Assembly: GCF_964204865.1 (NCBI RefSeq)
Contig: NC_135255.1
Location: 6,696,001-6,760,000, forward strand
From: Styela clava
Lineage: Eukaryota
DNA: 64,000 nt
Reading direction: 5' to 3'
Made by a program: the position numbers and the translations under genes. Within the stretch, counting starts at the first letter, position 1, and each line of letters opens with the position of its first letter. The notes under the pieces are model-generated. The model did not search any database, had not been told where the DNA came from, and was given only the letters and a program-made list of their open reading frames with translations. Below, piece after piece: positions 63,301 to 64,000 of this stretch.

Positions 63301-63562
63301 CAACACCTATTCCAATATAGACGTAAGGTTCATGTAAAAATAATTGACCAGGAATTAAACCAAGATCTTAAATAAATACTAAACAAGAAAATGTATAATT
63401 ATTTGAGGTCATTCTTTATATAGAACACAGCTGCGGTGCCTACCTGATGCACGGATTAGATCAAGCATAAGACTTGTACACAGTTGATTTAAAATACTTG
63501 ATCCTGCTGCTTTTGGTTGGATAGCTGTCACATCACCTGATCTGCCAATACCATGAGCAAAC
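57320..63562 (-). CDS. SEPSECS: O-phosphoseryl-tRNA(Sec) selenium transferase (selenocysteine synthase), 3' eight exons; 5' exons outside window
   Basis: Exons on minus strand: 63562-63444 ([22 protein letters not shown]), 62764-62622 (VPMATGMTL...[11 protein letters not shown]), 62027-61858 ([11 protein letters not shown]), 60516-60414 ([10 protein letters not shown]), 59643-59422 ([15 protein letters not shown] with the PLP lysine; YAGRAS), 58871-58778 (HNPISM), 58392-58299 ([14 protein letters not shown]), 57518-57320 ([24 protein letters not shown]). These motifs are diagnostic for SepSecS. Confidence 0.97.
60700..61332 (+). mobile_element. SINE-like interspersed repeat copy hosting the 107-bp array
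   Basis: CATACCCGACATGAACT...GAGAGG.CATGGTTCACCATATG...TCTTATC.TTCCTCTCCCCC.GG...ATCCTATCCTAT matches 22354-22448 and the reverse complement of 63882-64000; ends in a (CCTAT)n tail. Confidence 0.65.
60726..61260. repeat. Tandem repeat, 5 x 107 bp, apparently identical copies, in a SEPSECS intron
   Basis: Unit GTCAACTATAGATTCC...CTGAAAGAGAGGT starts at 60726, 60833, 60940, 61047 and 61154. Confidence 0.97.
62863..63067. mobile_element. MITE related to the 3182 family, in a SEPSECS intron
   Basis: TIR CTCCTGTAGTATGCGAACCAAGATGGCGGACAC / GTGTCCGCCATCTTGGTTCACATACTACAGGA; flanks AATTAATA / AATTATTA (8 bp, 1 mismatch). Confidence 0.75.
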
Positions 63563-63881
63563 CTATATAAATGGAAAAATTGATCGTACATCCATGCATA
63601 AGTCATTTAATACTAGGGGTTTTCATAGCAGAAAAGCCTGTTAAATATTGAACCAGTACATACCCATCTTCACTATATAGTCTATATATTTATATATATT
63701 CTTAAAATGTATTATATATAAAAATGAACCAAATATAAAATATTTAAATATTATAAATAAATATTTTACAAAATAAAATGAAAAAAAAATCATTTTGGTA
63801 ACTTCAGCAAATTGCTTCATCTCAGGACTAAGAGAGACTGATCTCTGAGAAAGATTACATGCTATTGAACTATTGAAGTGT

Positions 63882-64000
63882 ATAGGATAGTATTAACATA
63901 TTTATCTCGGGGGAGAGGAAAAAATAACACGATTTAATCATATGGCAAACAACGAACGGCCTCTCGTCTGGTTACCAGTCAATGTCGGGTATGGGATTAG
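63882..64000 (-). mobile_element. SINE-like repeat 3' end (truncated by window edge)
   Basis: Reverse complement of the family at 61225-61332 and 22354-22448. Confidence 0.65.

Overview
AT-rich, intron-rich eukaryotic genomic DNA. The gene content, compact introns and mosaic CpG depletion suggest a marine invertebrate, plausibly a tunicate (inference only). I assembled four spliced protein-coding genes by hand from splice sites and reading phase. (1) A 5'-incomplete, uncharacterised >=637-aa protein with C-terminal degenerate EF-hand-like motifs (+, 1124-21236, 13 exons, one 11-kb intron, one GC-AG intron). (2) A syndecan (-, 34790-38759) ending in a non-canonical EYFA PDZ motif, with a skippable Thr-rich exon. 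(3) A highly atypical ~446-aa Ras-family protein (-, 41806-47427) with degenerate G3/G4/G5 motifs, large G-domain insertions and a CxC tail; this is the most unusual coding feature. (4) The 3' eight exons of selenocysteine synthase SEPSECS (-, 57320-63562). Non-coding DNA carries many non-autonomous transposons: two hAT elements back-to-back in one target site, DINE-1/HINE-like Helentron derivatives, MITEs with 8- or 9-bp TSDs, and a SINE with an internal 5x107-bp amplification. An ORF-free ~7-kb stretch may be an extended syndecan 3' UTR. No prokaryote-type system (CRISPR, operon), rRNA or tRNA was seen. Most entries in the ORF track are spurious or partial exons.
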